Below, piece after piece: positions 43,032 through 55,482 of a stretch of 64,000 bases of DNA. This DNA comes from Epithemia pelagica. Taxonomy: Eukaryota; Protista; Bacillariophyta. Under the pieces are notes generated by a model. The model was given only the letters and a program-made list of their open reading frames with translations, ran no database searches and had not been told where the DNA came from. The stretch is taken from positions 2,542,001-2,606,000 of the forward strand of contig OX337231.1 in the NCBI GenBank assembly GCA_946965045.2. Reading direction: 5' to 3'. Every line of letters starts with the position of its first letter. The stretch's first letter is position 1. The translations under genes were made by a program, and so were the position numbers.

Positions 43032-45065
43032 ATGTCGTCGGCCACTCGAAATCTGCGACGAATCTGGAAATCGGTTCCATTGTCACGGTTGAAACAAGGG
43101 TCCACACTTTCCATTCAGTGTCATGTGCCCGTCACTCGACTCGTATTGCGGTCGGCCTGGCGAGACGATGGACATGTCGAATTAACGCAGGTACTGAGTA
43201 GTACTGATGGAACAGAGTCTTCTGTTGCATCACCGCCATCTTCTGTGAACATGTCCGTGATACAGCACAAGCCCAAAGCAACCTCTTTGGGACGGTTGGA
43301 ACCACACATGTCCATTACCCTCAACCATGAGGAGTCTCCCGATTCTCCAAAGGAGTCACCTGGTGACAAGGTGACAAAGGACACTGCCCATCGACCTCCG
43401 CCACTCCCCTTTGTCAAGACTGTTTCGGACAAGACCGACATTGATCGAGTCATGATGGACGATGGAACAATCCACCCCATTTCGGATCCCGAAATTGCTA
43501 CCCAGTTGCAAGAGGAGTCAGACACGACAAATGAACATCACCCCTTTCGACGGACCGACTACCACGATGGCATTGCGCACATGGAATCTGTGTCATCGTC
43601 CGAACAAACGCAAGTGTCTTCTTCTTCTTCTTCTTCGTTTGTCAAAGACCCCATTGACGATGAAGAGGGCGACCAGGTTGGAACCTTTTTATCGCTCGAT
43701 GTCCCCGAAAAGCTCAATGTGCAATGTCATTTGCATCAAGGAGGATCCGTCCATGTCAGTCACAAGTTAGAAGGCGATGTCACACTGTACACAAGGCAGG
43801 GGGACGTGGAGGTGACCAAGATTCGAGGGCATGAGATTCACTTGGAAACCAAACAGGGATCCATTTGTTCCGCCGATGTCTTGGAAGCCCAACGAATCTC
43901 GCTTCAATCCAATCATGGACGAATCCGGGCCAAACAAATATTTGGAACATCTGTAGAAGCACACGTACAAGGTGATAACACTACCAAGAACAACAGTACC
44001 CAGCTGGACTCTCCGTCCTCACGCTTTCTAAAAGATTCCGACGACGAGGGGTCTCTCATTGATGTGAGTGCCTTGTATGTGGCGGGAGAGGGAGGCGCCA
44101 CCCTGCAGGTATCGCAGGTACAACCTTTGGCACGACGAGCAGTGCGGGTCAAAACCATTCATGGACCCATTCGTGTCGAGACCAATCACGTGTCCATTCC
44201 CTCCCAGTACAATGACATGTTGGTTCCCCCCGAACGGTATCCACTCGTGGAACTGGGAGGAGTCAATGGCAATTGTGAAGTAGACATTTCGGACGTTGAC
44301 ATGACACCGAGTGGAGCTGCCTTGGAGTCGTGGGCTTCGTGCGTCGTCCATGTCGATAGTTTGGCACCGGAATCGGTGAGTTTAATTGCCGCCCACGAGG
44401 GCACTGTACGATTGACTGTGGATCGCAAGGCTGAGGCCGATTTGAGATTTTTGTCCTTGCCACAATCGTGCACGCCCCAACACGTGACGGACACCACGAC
44501 ACTCTTGGCCGAAGAAGAAAATGCCCAAACCGTCATTGAGAATCTCAAGACCGAGCTGTCGGACACAGAGAGTACTGCCAATAAGGGGGACAACAAGATT
44601 TCTATTGAAACCCTGGCATTTACGCCAAATCCAGCCGCGAGTCACTCTGGATCCAATCTGCAGTATATGGAAGGATGGATTGAAAACAAGAGCGCCGAAC
44701 CGGATAGTCGTTTTGAACGCAAAGTACAGGGAGAAGGTGGTGGCGGCAAGATACGAATTGACCAAGCAGCGTTCCAAGCACTCCAAGGGTTTCAACCTAC
44801 AGATTCAACAACGAGAGCGTCCGCAAACAAGGACTCTACAACCAATGACAGTGACAAGGACAAGCACAGCGACCCAACGTCTTCGGTGTTGCGGCCCTTG
44901 TTTGTTGCCGTAGGACGAGCCAAGATTCAACTGGAAACACTCTCGTGGGTAGGTGCTATTGCACGGCGATATGGGATGGACGATGGGAATCGAGGGTTGG
45001 GTCGAACCGCTACTCGACGCGGACGAGGCTTTCAGGCGATGGACGACCCAGGCATTCCACAATAG
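43032..45065 (+). CDS. DUF4097/FAM185A-like beta-strand repeat protein
   Basis: Repeated xxxGxV/I beta motifs (QGGSVHV, EGDVTL, RQGDVEV, KQGSI, NHGRI, IHGPI, VNGNC). Confidence 0.6.
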   Translation: MSSATRNLRRIWKSVPLSRLKQGSTLSIQCHVPVTRLVLRSAWRDDGHVELTQVLSSTDGTESSVASPPSSVNMSVIQHKPKATSLGRLEPHMSITLNHEESPDSPKESPGDKVTKDTAHRPPPLPFVKTVSDKTDIDRVMMDDGTIHPISDPEIATQLQEESDTTNEHHPFRRTDYHDGIAHMESVSSSEQTQVSSSSSSSFVKDPIDDEEGDQVGTFLSLDVPEKLNVQCHLHQGGSVHVSHKLEGDVTLYTRQGDVEVTKIRGHEIHLETKQGSICSADVLEAQRISLQSNHGRIRAKQIFGTSVEAHVQGDNTTKNNSTQLDSPSSRFLKDSDDEGSLIDVSALYVAGEGGATLQVSQVQPLARRAVRVKTIHGPIRVETNHVSIPSQYNDMLVPPERYPLVELGGVNGNCEVDISDVDMTPSGAALESWASCVVHVDSLAPESVSLIAAHEGTVRLTVDRKAEADLRFLSLPQSCTPQHVTDTTTLLAEEENAQTVIENLKTELSDTESTANKGDNKISIETLAFTPNPAASHSGSNLQYMEGWIENKSAEPDSRFERKVQGEGGGGKIRIDQAAFQALQGFQPTDSTTRASANKDSTTNDSDKDKHSDPTSSVLRPLFVAVGRAKIQLETLSWVGAIARRYGMDDGNRGLGRTATRRGRGFQAMDDPGIPQ

Positions 45066-45390
45066 AGCGCAATCATAGAACTTAAAAACGCCTCGAAAGA
45101 ATACACATTTTTGTGCTTCGTTCGATAACGTTCTGTGAATACGTATATGTATGAGTTGGACTCTACTATTATAAGATGAATGCGTGTGCAGAAAGTGAAA
45201 CCGTGTCATGTCGTTTGCGTCTTGACACCATTTGGTCAAAATGGTCGATCAAAACAAAAACTCATCCTAAGAACTTTTTTATGTTGTTTGTATGCCACAA
45301 TCTCGCCCAATGAACCAGTGATTTCCATCCTCCTCCCCACCATTGTTTTCCGTCGTCGTCGTCCTCTCCGTCCGTTATTGTGGTTGTTCC

Positions 45391-46905
45391 TTAGAATTCA
45401 TCGTACATACCGTCCATGTCATCCATGTCCATCTACAAAAGGATATGCAAATCATGAAAGAAAACGAGTCATATTGAGAGAACAGATAGATTGAGAAAAG
45501 GAAATCCAAAATTCAAACGACGTCGAAATCAGCCAATACTTACATCGCCAAAGTCCATGTCCTCACCCATATCTCCCATGTCCATTTCGGGTTCGTTTGC
45601 TCGCTTTTCTTCTTGAATTTTGTCGTACATTTCCTTTTCGCCATCTTTTTTCTTGTCAAAGGTTTCGGCAGCAAAAGCCTTGGCCTCTTCCAAACTGTCG
45701 GTGACGAGAATGTCATCAAAATGGGTACCTGACTTGACTTGCCACAATTCGAATCCAACATGTGTACATCCGTCCTTGCCACAAACCTTGTACATGCCGT
45801 CGTCGTACTTGTATTTGGGGTTGGCGATCTTGGGGTGTTCCCACTTGCCCTTGTACTCAGGGTTGTCGATCATTTTTGGTTTCCATTCGCCCTTGTATTC
45901 GGGGTTATCCAACATGGGTGCTTCCCATTCACCATCATCTTCATCATCCCAATCGTCTGGTTTGGTGGCATCAGGATCCGGGAGGAATTGTGGAATGTCA
46001 TCCCAGCCATCGGGTTTCTTGTCTTCTGGATCCGGAATCTTGGCCTCGTCGACCCAATTGTCAGGTTTCTTGGCATCCGGGTCCTTGATTTCAGCCGGTT
46101 CCAAAAAGTCAAATTCTTCATCCAATTTTCCCTCTCGAACCGACTTGTTGTCAATAAAGACCTCAAAGGTGTTGTTGGGACGAATTACCAAAGTGTACAA
46201 ATGGGACACGTCGTCGCTTTCGCAGGGGACTTCCTTTTTGATCAACAAATTGTCCTTCTTTTCATGACTGCGAAGAATGACATGAGTCTTTTTGTTGGAA
46301 CTTCCACAAATATCGGGTCCAAACATGACAGCATATTCGGTATCGCCTCCAAAATTTTCCTTGGAGAATTTCTTGCCACCTGGCAACAACTTGATGTAAG
46401 CACCACCACAGTCCAAGTCTTGTTCATGCTTGACCGTGTACTGAATCACCAAGTCTTTGCCATCACTCACAAAAGGCTTATCCAAGGGTGCCGAAATACC
46501 GTAAAAGCGGGCATCTTCCCCTGTCTTTATACCCTTGTCGGCCGCGTCGGCGTACCATTCCCCAGCCGTGTGTTCCCATGTGCCCATTTCGGCCTTGGAC
46601 TTCCATTTGCTCGACTCTGTCCATCGCTTCTTCCAACTCTGTAGTTACCATTAGTTGTTGTTGTGGGTGGTGGTTGAAACAAAATGAAACGAGAGAGGAA
46701 ACATGGCATGAGAGAGAGTGTGTGACTTTTTCAACGGTCGACGAGAAAGGAAGACATAAAGACCAATGACCCAAGAATCCTCTCGAGAATCGAGGCACCT
46801 CTTGCCTCCAAACCACTTCATACTCACCTCATCGTTGAATTTTTCCTGGAAATAAATTTCCGCAGAAACAGACGCAGCAAAGATGGTCAACAACGAAAAC
46901 TTCAT
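45391..46905 (-). CDS. CALR: Calreticulin; exons 46905-46828, 46638-45544, 45432-45391 (~404 aa)
   Basis: Signal peptide; EIYFQEKF; DCGGAYIK; MFGPDIC; P-domain repeats KPDNW/KPDGW/KPDDW; ELWQVKSGT. Ends YDEF. Confidence 0.95.
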
Positions 46906-47399
46906 GATCATTGTTAGGTTGGTGGTATTCGTGCCACTCTGGATAAATTGAAAAGATCGAAAATGGCGCTTGTCGAATGCCGTCGAAATTTTGGGTGTGA
47001 CGGTGACGGTGCTGTTGGAAGCAAAAATCTTTTGGGCGTCGGACCCAAGGCGCACTCTCCAATCGCACCAAACTACTCTTTGCTTCACAGTATTCACTTC
47101 CGACACGAATCTCTTTCCAGGCGCTCGCAACTCGTAATCACAAAATATTCTGGCGTGCCAAAATTGTCGCTTGAGACGTGAGCCGCGGGAGAGTTTTGCC
47201 ACGTGCTACATCGGTTTACTCCCGTGATGAGTCCCGATTGGAACAGGTTCTGAGCTTTTACCGCTTTGCTCCTTACTAAACGTTCTTTCGGTCGCCCGAG
47301 TTCCGGCTGCATGTCAGGTTCTTGTTGTTGCTGGAGACAACCTGTTTCGGAGACCGCTAAGTTTGATAGACACTTCCCTATCAACAGAAACAATCAAGA

Positions 47400-47831
47400 A
47401 TGGGTGAAAAAGGAAAGCGAGGACGAGCCTTGGCTGCAGGTATCAAGCACAGAGTATCGGCTGGATTACCAAATGCCGCTGTGGTCAACTGTGCCGACAA
47501 CTCGGGTGCCAAGAGTCTCAAGATTGTTGCCGTGTGCAATATTGGAGGACGACTGAATCGTTACCCCAAAGCCGGATCCGGTGATATGGTTATGTGCTCC
47601 GTCAAGAAGGGAAAGCCCGAACTCCGGAAAAAGGTCTTGCCTGGTGTGATTGTCCGACAACGCAAAGCCTTTCGCCGAAAGGAAGGTGTCTTTATCCACT
47701 TTGAAGACAATGCCGGTGTGATTGTCAACAACAAGGGAGAAATGAAAGGATCTGCTGTTTCGGGTCCCGTTGCCAAGGAATGTGCGGAACTGTGGCCCCG
47801 TATTGCCTCTAACGCTGGCTCCATCTTGTAA
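47400..47831 (+). CDS. RPL23: 60S ribosomal protein L23 (uL14)
   Basis: [51 protein letters not shown]. Confidence 0.97.
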   Translation: MGEKGKRGRALAAGIKHRVSAGLPNAAVVNCADNSGAKSLKIVAVCNIGGRLNRYPKAGSGDMVMCSVKKGKPELRKKVLPGVIVRQRKAFRRKEGVFIHFEDNAGVIVNNKGEMKGSAVSGPVAKECAELWPRIASNAGSIL

Positions 47832-48229
47832 ACCTATAAACGCACAAAATCCATTTCATACGATAGCGCTTTCCTTTATATTTTTTGAACGGAATAGTGG
47901 ATTGGAGAATTCATAGAGATTTGGGGAGCTCGGCAGAACAGTCTTGGGCACAATCAATTGGTATCTAGTTCATCTGCTATTGCAGAACATAAAGTTGTCC
48001 TCTTAGTTAATCCTATTAGTTAACCATGGTATATAGGCCGCCCTCAAGCACTTTCCGGGGTGTGGATCTAAGCAGCTTTCCACCAGAAAGAATTCGGAGG
48101 ATCAATGATTAAGACAACAGATCGAAACTTATCAAGATCAAGGGCCTCGCAAGAATGCGAAGCAGGGGGCACCACGGGCCTATCATCCTGGATTCATGCG
48201 CAAAAACCTCTTTTCTGTCAACAGCCTGT

Positions 48230-50674
48230 TTAGATGTCATCAAAATCGTCGTCATCATCATCCGCTCCATCATCGTAAAAGAAGTAATTTCCAGCCTTCT
48301 TCTGTTCCGAGTCTTTTTGGGACCCTCTCTTGTTGATTCTGTAAACAGAAAGAGTAGAAAAGAAGTTGAGTTGGATTCATCCATTCGAAGACAAAGAACA
48401 CGGCATCAAGGACGTCGATTGGTAGAGCAAAAGCGGTCAGAAATTAAAACAAAAGACTTTACTCTCACACCGCCAACGCTAGGACAGCGCACTTGACCAT
48501 TTGCCAAGTTGAGGCATAGAGAATGGGTATCGTCATTCCAATGAAAGTGTCCCGGACTCGGCCGCAACGAAAAAGTGACTCACCTTGGTCGATAATTGAC
48601 TGGATCACGTCGGAATGTGACTGCCAAACTCTTGAGGAACTGGTTCATTCCCGTTAACAGAGACTGCGGAGAAGAGGCCGATGCTTCAATTCCCGGTTGT
48701 CCTTCATAGACAACAACACGGTCTGCCAGATAGGTCGCCATGATAAAGTCGTGCTCCACAACAAATGCCGTCTTTTTGCTGTGCATAATAAATCGTTTGA
48801 TCACCTTCGCGCAGTTGATTCGCTGTTCGGAATCGAGGTAGGCACTTGGTTCATCCACAAGGTACACATCCGCCGGCGTTCCCAAAGCTAAGGTAATCGC
48901 CAGACGCTGCAATTCTCCACCCGACAAGGTCTGTACACCGTTGTCCATGATAGCCTCCATGGTCAGTGGCTTCATAACATCGGAAACAAATTGCGGATGT
49001 ACATAAGAATCACGAATTCGTTTGTGAAGGAGCTGACGAACGCTCCCCTGGAATTTTGGAGAAATCTTTTGGGGTTTGTAACTAACATTCATCTCCGGTA
49101 CTCCAGCTTGTGCCGCTTCATATTCAAATCCTTCTTCTTCCAGTTTGACTTGCTCGTCGCTCTTGAGTAACCCAGCAAGCATTCCTGTCAATATTCCAAC
49201 AAGGACAAATCGTTAGAGAGCTGTCCAACCAGCCACTTAGCTTGACGGGACTCTGAGCTGTACTTACGGACAAAGGTTGTTTTGCCAGTTCCATTTTCCC
49301 CAAGTAGAACAATAATTTCAGAGTCAGTGAATTCTCCTTTGGCTACATGCAGGATAAAGGATGATCCTTCTCGAGATTGTGTTTTGGTCATGGTTGGGTA
49401 GCTGTATTGCTTCATGACATCCTTCTTGTCCGGACCCGCTTCTGCACGTTCGGAAACCTTGAACGACAAGGCGTGATCGCGAAACCGCAAGTTTTCCGAG
49501 TTCAAATATCCGGCCAAGAAGGCATTGATACCTGTTCGGACGGTGTGTGGCATTGTGACAACACCATAGGCTCCTGGTGTTCCGTAAAGGACACACACAA
49601 AGTCACTGAGATAATCCAACACGGCAAGATCGTGCTCCACCACCAAGACGTAGCGTCGATCTCCATCCCCAGACTTTAAGATATCCCGAATCATTCCGGC
49701 GGCTGTCAAACGTTGTTTCACATCCAAGTAGCTTGATGGTTCGTCAAACATATAAACATCGCTCACTTGCACAGCAACAATAGCAATGGCAAATCGCTGT
49801 AGCTCTCCACCTGATAGAACCCGAATATCACGATCGACAAGGTGGTCTAATTCAGCGTCCCTAGTGATGGCTTCCCTCACCTCCCATCCTTCTGCTTCCG
49901 TACGCTGTTGTAACAACAAATGGGGCAATGAGCAAGAAAGCCAACAGAGTTCTCACTGCTTCATACATCCTCCATAACTTACATCATCTCTGTCCTTCAA
50001 GATCTCGCCGACCTTCCCCTTCACCGCTCTTGGAATATGATCTACATATTGTGGCTTGATCGTGGCCTTCATTGTATCCTCCAAGATTTTGGTAAAGTAA
50101 TTCTGCAACTCGCTTCCTCGGAAATGAACCAAAATTTCTTCCCAATCAGGAGGTGTGTCGTACCGTCCAAGGTTGGGTTTCATTTTGCCTGCCAAGATCT
50201 TCAAAGCAGTGGACTTCCCGATCCCATTCGTTCCAACAAGACCTAGTACTTGCCCTGGCCGAGGCATAGGTAACCGATGGAGCTTAAACGAGTTGGGACC
50301 GTAACGGTGAGTGGTATTCCTTTCCAAATCTTTTGGAAGGTTGATGATGTTGAGAGCCTCAAATGGACATTTCTTCACACAGATACCACATCCTATCAGC
50401 GAAACAAGCAAGCGGTGAGGACAAAGAGACTCACGAGGTATTTCTACGTTGTCGATGTGCACGTACCGATACACAAAGGCTCCGAAACAAACGCCAGTTT
50501 GCTCTTATTCGTAACTTCGATACATAGCTTTCCAAGCTTCACCACTGGACATGATTTCTTGCACTCTTGATTGCATTTCTTTGGCTTACACTTTTCCGCA
50601 TTGACAATGGCAATACGAGTCAAAGAGTCCTCCTCGTCTTGCTTGCCCTTGCTCGGCTTCTTCTTCGGAGGCAT
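48230..50674 (-). CDS. ABCE1: ABCE1/RLI1 ribosome-recycling ATPase; exons 50674-50467, 50392-49983, 49904-49268, 49184-48584, 48338-48230 (~654 aa)
   Basis: Fe-S domain [15 protein letters not shown]...[12 protein letters not shown]. Two NBDs ([24 protein letters not shown]). FRRDP..YRPRINK. Confidence 0.97.
48435..48539 (-). ncRNA. Candidate intronic C/D-box snoRNA in ABCE1 intron 4
   Basis: C-box variant ATGACGA (48536-48530) and D box CTGA (48440-48437). The 12 nt just upstream of D are complementary to the conserved LSU rRNA stretch AAUUAAAACAAA as recalled. Terminal stem is weak and no clear D' box is seen. Confidence 0.3.
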
Positions 50675-50903
50675 GGTTTTGAACTATGCTAGGAACCGCT
50701 TCAAAGTTGATCTACTCGATTGGATGTCTTTTCGTCTCTTTCAGTCGATTGCCTCTGATGCGCTTGGCTAAAGTCCATGCAGTTGAACAAAACGAAGACG
50801 ATGTGAGGCCCGTACGTTTTTGGTTCACGGTGAACTGTGACAGAGATTCGCGCTATGGTGTCGCACACGTCTGGACGTCTGTCGTGCATGTATCGGCGAT
50901 CGA

Positions 50904-50961
50904 TGATCGGTTGAATCGCTTTTACAGGAAAGTGATCGGTTGAATCGCTTTTACAGGAAAG
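50904..50961. repeat. Perfect 29-bp tandem duplication TGATCGGTTGAATCGCTTTTACAGGAAAG
   Basis: 50904-50932 and 50933-50961, read directly. Confidence 0.92.
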
Positions 50962-50990
50962 CATAAATCTACGAGGTCAATGAGCAATGA

Positions 50991-51458
50991 CCAAACTGCA
51001 AACACACAAACAACAAACAACCTCATGTCTATGGTTGTCAAGGTGTGCAACGAACGTGGTATTCCACGGTTGCTTGTAACGTGGGCAGCCTGTGGGCGGG
51101 AATGGGATGCCACAGTAAGTATGTGAACAAATGAGTAACGTTGCGATTGTTGGTTATCAAAGCTGCTACTCCGCGTCTTCGAATTTTCGTGTTTCGTTTC
51201 GAACTTGTATTGGAGTCGCTACGCTAGTCAGGTGGGTAGTATACGTTGTCCTATTGTAGGAGACTCCTCCATTGACAGTTCTGTCGGGCATGAAGTATGA
51301 ACTCGGCCGCCTTTCCCGGATTTTGTTTATTGACTGCGATCGTAATCATCTATCTAATCCATTCTCCGAATATTTTCTGAGCGACAGATTTGGCAGATTT
51401 GACTTCTCGGGAGCTTATCTGTTATTGATATCCAAATTGCAAACACACAAACAACAAA
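50991..51458 (+). repeat. Dispersed 27-bp repeat CCAAA(C/T)TGCAAACACACAAACAACAAA
   Basis: Copies at 50991-51017 and 51432-51458 (1 mismatch), each shortly upstream of an ATG (51025, 51480). Confidence 0.8.
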
Positions 51459-51479
51459 AGCAGACTGGTAGGAAGCACC

Positions 51480-53063
51480 ATGAGTGACGAAGAACTGGAT
51501 ATCATCAAGCAGTCCGACTCGGTTGAAAACTTCACTTCTCCCGCCAGGAACAGAAAGAAAGTAGGGAGAAAATGGAATGTGAATGGCATCAACGTGGACG
51601 ATCCCAACACGTACATTGCTCGCCAAAGCTTGGTCGCCACAGCGATCAAATTGGCCAGACAAGATAGATTCCTAGTTGTTGTCTCACCCCCCGGAACAGG
51701 CAAGACAGCTCTGTCACAGTTGATTCAGGCACAACTGGTAGAAAGCAGTAAAGCGAACACGGGAGGAAAGATACCGGTGTTTGATATTTGTCCAAGTCAA
51801 GTGACAGAGGATTTCGATTTGTTCGATTACGTTGCAGACAGAACCGGTGTTGATCTTCGGCATTTCAAAGTCTCCGAAAAATTGAAGGAATCTCCGGAAA
51901 TCTGGCTTATCTTCGATGATGCACAGAGGCTTTACGATAGAAAGCACCACGCATTCTGGGAATTAGTCACAAAGCAGAAATGTCAGATTAAGGAGGAATT
52001 TGGAGCGACAGCAATTATTGTGGTTGTTCTCGCGACATACCACCTGTCAACCACGACGGAATCACCTGCTTGTTTCAAAGCCCAGAATCGACTCGGTTAC
52101 AAAGATTTGCTGTTCCAAAAAGAGGAAGCTGCGAAGGTCTACCAGCGTCGCTGCATGCGTCCTGATTGGAAAGACTATTTCGAGAGACTCTTCTATGTTA
52201 CGCAAGGTGCTGCCGCTGCCTTTACCATTGGAATGAATCGTATTGTGCATCTCTCTGAAAGAATGGACAGTCGAAGTGCGAACCAGGAACTGACTGAATC
52301 TGATGCCTTGTATGAATGGATCGAGAAAACACCATTCTCCGAGCTGGAGCGTTGCTTCCCCTAAAAAAAGATCGATGAACAATCCCAACGTGTCATCTTG
52401 AGTGCAGTTGTCGAGGCCTATATGGGCGACGAAGAGAAAGACAATGACGGAGCCCAAGCTGACGACGAAGCCATCATCATGTTGATTAAGGCTGGGATAT
52501 TGAAAGAATCAATGCATTTTTCGAGTCCCATCGCAAAAAGATTCTATTACAACCAAGTATTCCCCCGTGCACCACCTGGCTCCGAAGTGCCAGGAACATT
52601 AGACGAGCTGATAGTGGAGGCGACCAAGGAACTGTCTGCTCGTCGACTTAAAGCATCAGGTGTGATGCAAAGCCCAAAGGAGGCCGTATACCAGCAGCTT
52701 TTCCATGAGGCTTTTGCATCCTTGCTCCCGATGTCCTATCGAATCATTCCAGAACTTGGCACTAAAGCTACGATTGGTGGCAGGACTGTCAGCGGAGAGT
52801 TGGATTTTTATATAAGGCGTGGCAACAAGTGGGCTGTGGAGTTTGTTCGTGGCGGAGACCACCTGAACCAACATATTGCTCGCATTCCTGGCAAATACCG
52901 GAATGTAGAGGCAAGTTCCTGGCTCGTGGTCGACTGTCGGATGGGCGGGAAACCCCAAAAATCGGATAAAGATCGTTGCACCCTGGTTTTCGACGAAGAG
53001 TTTACTTCTTGCGAATGCTACATGCGTCAAAAGGATCCCATCGTTGTCAGGCTTCACAATTAA
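51480..53063 (+). pseudogene. Crinkler(CR)-type P-loop NTPase + PD-(D/E)xK-like nuclease gene with one in-frame TAA at 52362-52364
   Basis: Walker A SPPGTGKT, Walker B LIFDDAQ. C-terminal GELDFYI..WAVEFVR..HIARIPGKY..LVVDCR. The two track ORFs are in the same frame and separated by a single stop. Confidence 0.72.
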
Positions 53064-53711
53064 GGTCTTGATCCAAATCAACATTTCTGGGGGTTTGGAC
53101 GGTAAGGCGGCAAGAGGAGGGCAGATCGGGTGTGATAGAATTCTTTCTAGGAGCGGGCAAGATCGAATTGGACACCAATGGTTGTCATCTGGTAGGACAT
53201 ACTCCTCTCCGTGGTACACAAATATTTCGTCTCCGTCAGCTATCGGTATAAAGGAAAACTAGCAATGAGCTCTACATAGCCCCATGCCCCATAACGTCAT
53301 AGGAGTAGCTGTATCGCATGCTTGCTCCTCTCTAGCTAGAAACTCCTATCATTGAAGATACAACATTGCCAACGCGCAGAATAAAAAAATGTCGAGAGTT
53401 GTGCCCGAAGATTATGCAGGAGTACCTAGATAGTTCTCATCCAGCTTTATACCATTGGCCAAACTTCACGAGTGTGGGCATCCCAAAAGAGGAGTTACTA
53501 TTCCCCATTCCTTCCACAGGATGCGAAACCCACGGGCAGTCGGCCATTTCGAACAAAATGCATAGGCCGATCGAAATGCTATCGATGTACTATTAGCCAT
53601 CCGAGGTATCGAGCCCCGCGTTGAGAAGGCGCTAAGCAGAGGATCAATGTAGCCAAACTGACAAAATTTGACACAAGCCTCCAAAATAAGGGTGCAGTCC
53701 ATGTTCCGACG

Positions 53712-55482
53712 CTAGGGTTGTTTGTTGGTTCCTGCTGCACTCCAACTCATGATAGTCCCGGGGTGTTGTCGTTCCAATTGTCCTTTTAGATAATTGGCCA
53801 CTTCTCGTGCCGAAGACCGGTGGGTAGGGTCCTGTTCATGGCACAGGAGCATGGCCTGTTTCAATGCTTGGTCGGACGGATGGGGACTGTTCCACACGTC
53901 TTGATAAAAACTAGGTCGACCTCCACCCTGGACGGTTTGTTGGGCGTCGCGCGTCGTCTCATCCTTGAAGGGCCATTCCATTTGCAACAACATGTAAAAC
54001 AAATTTCCCAAGGAATACAAATCCACCTAGGTAGGTAGGCAGGCAGGCGAGGAAGGAATGAGTCAGGACCAACAACAACAAGCACAATTTCACAATCTCA
54101 CACACACCGTGTGAGGGACTCACCTTTTCGGTTTGCGGTTGGTAGGCATATTCTTCCGGAGACCGATTTTTTCCGGGATTGCTACTGACCGTGTAGGGAC
54201 AAGCCGCACCACTTGTGGCATTCCAGAGAAGGAAGCGAGCCCGGTTAAAATCTTGCAATTTGTAACGGGATCCTACCTTGACGAATTGCGCCGGCGTAAT
54301 GTCGGTATGGGCCACCGAAGCTTGTCCCTCGCGGTCGAAATTGTGCAGTTCCGCCACGGCAATGGACGCTTGAGTGCCTAACGAGAAGAGAGAGTCATGA
54401 ACCAAGAGGAAGCAGACAAGCACAGAGCAGAGAAACAAGGTGGGTGTGAGAGCCCTGAACCGTGACAGGAGTCCAGTTTCCAGAATGTCAAGGCAAACCG
54501 TACCAATTTCCAACTTTTGTATGGGCGTCAATAGAGAATTGACTCTGCGATACTTGCTGCTGTTGCTGCTGCTACTAGTGTTGGTCACGGGAGGCCAAAT
54601 GGCGGTGGCAATATCCCCGCCGCTGGCATATTCATACAGACCGGTATTGGCACAATAGCTGTACACATTCAAAATCCAGGGCGACTGGGAAAGTCGTTCC
54701 ATGATCAAGGCATCTCGACGATTCCGATCCAAGTTGCGTTGCGTGACATTGTGCCTGTATCGCAAGGTTTTGAGGACCACCCGTTCATCCTGCCACGTGG
54801 AATGGTCCAACCTCCACACATCCCGCCAAAACCCCGCCGTCAGCAACCAAAGGCGGGGGTCGTAGGGACGACGGTCCGGTCCCCGAAAGGAGCCATGAAC
54901 CATGTCAATTTCGTGAATAGAATTGCACGTGGGAAAGGACTGAAGCTGCCAGGGGAACATGGCCTTGCAAGTACTGGTTTCAAACTCATCCGATTGACGA
55001 TTCAGGTATTCGAAAGAATCCTCCAGCCATTCTTGGCCTTGTTTGGAAATCATGGGAGTGATACTTGTCTTGGGACCTGACACTCGGTGATAAAAGGTGG
55101 AGCGAACGGCGTCCACGACACTCGACGCATTGTGTGTGTGAAACCGATACACGCGGGGAAACGAGGACGAGCCATGTGGTGGGGGCACTGCGGAAGTGCC
55201 AAGATTCAATCGCAAGAGGGAACGGTCGTTGGTCGAGACACATAATAGCACGAGAAATATTAAAACTCCAACTCCAAGGACGGCAACAATCACGGACCGC
55301 GATGCCCATCGGTTTGGAGAAGAAGAGCGAGTTCGTCTTCGTATCAGTTCTTCTTGTTTGGGCGAACCGGTCAAAGTCGAAGCGGACCATGGCAGTGTCG
55401 CATCCTGCTGGAATCGATCTTTCGAATGAATGGGGCTCTTTCGTTTGGTGATACCCATAGATTGCATCATCAAACGTCGCAT
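53712..55482 (-). CDS. Type-II membrane atypical protein kinase K1; exons 55482-54504, 54377-54124, 54026-53712
   Basis: TM helix; PTCNxxHE; G.WRDVW; VLKT; HTDITPAQF; QDFN; RSPEEY; DLYSLGN. Confidence 0.85.

Noticed and set aside
47173-47205. ACGT/G-box (GCCACGTG) between calreticulin and RPL23 as a possible UPR element
   Set aside because: No complete ERSE spacing (CCAAT-N9-CCACG); too short to support.
52351-52370. Tiny GT..AG intron that might remove the CR gene stop
   Set aside because: 20 nt is implausibly short and would shift the frame.
53063-53700. Possible TIR/TSD around the CR-type gene, and the 76-aa ORF at 53366-53596
   Set aside because: Only weak partial matches to the left flank; the ORF has no recognisable domain.
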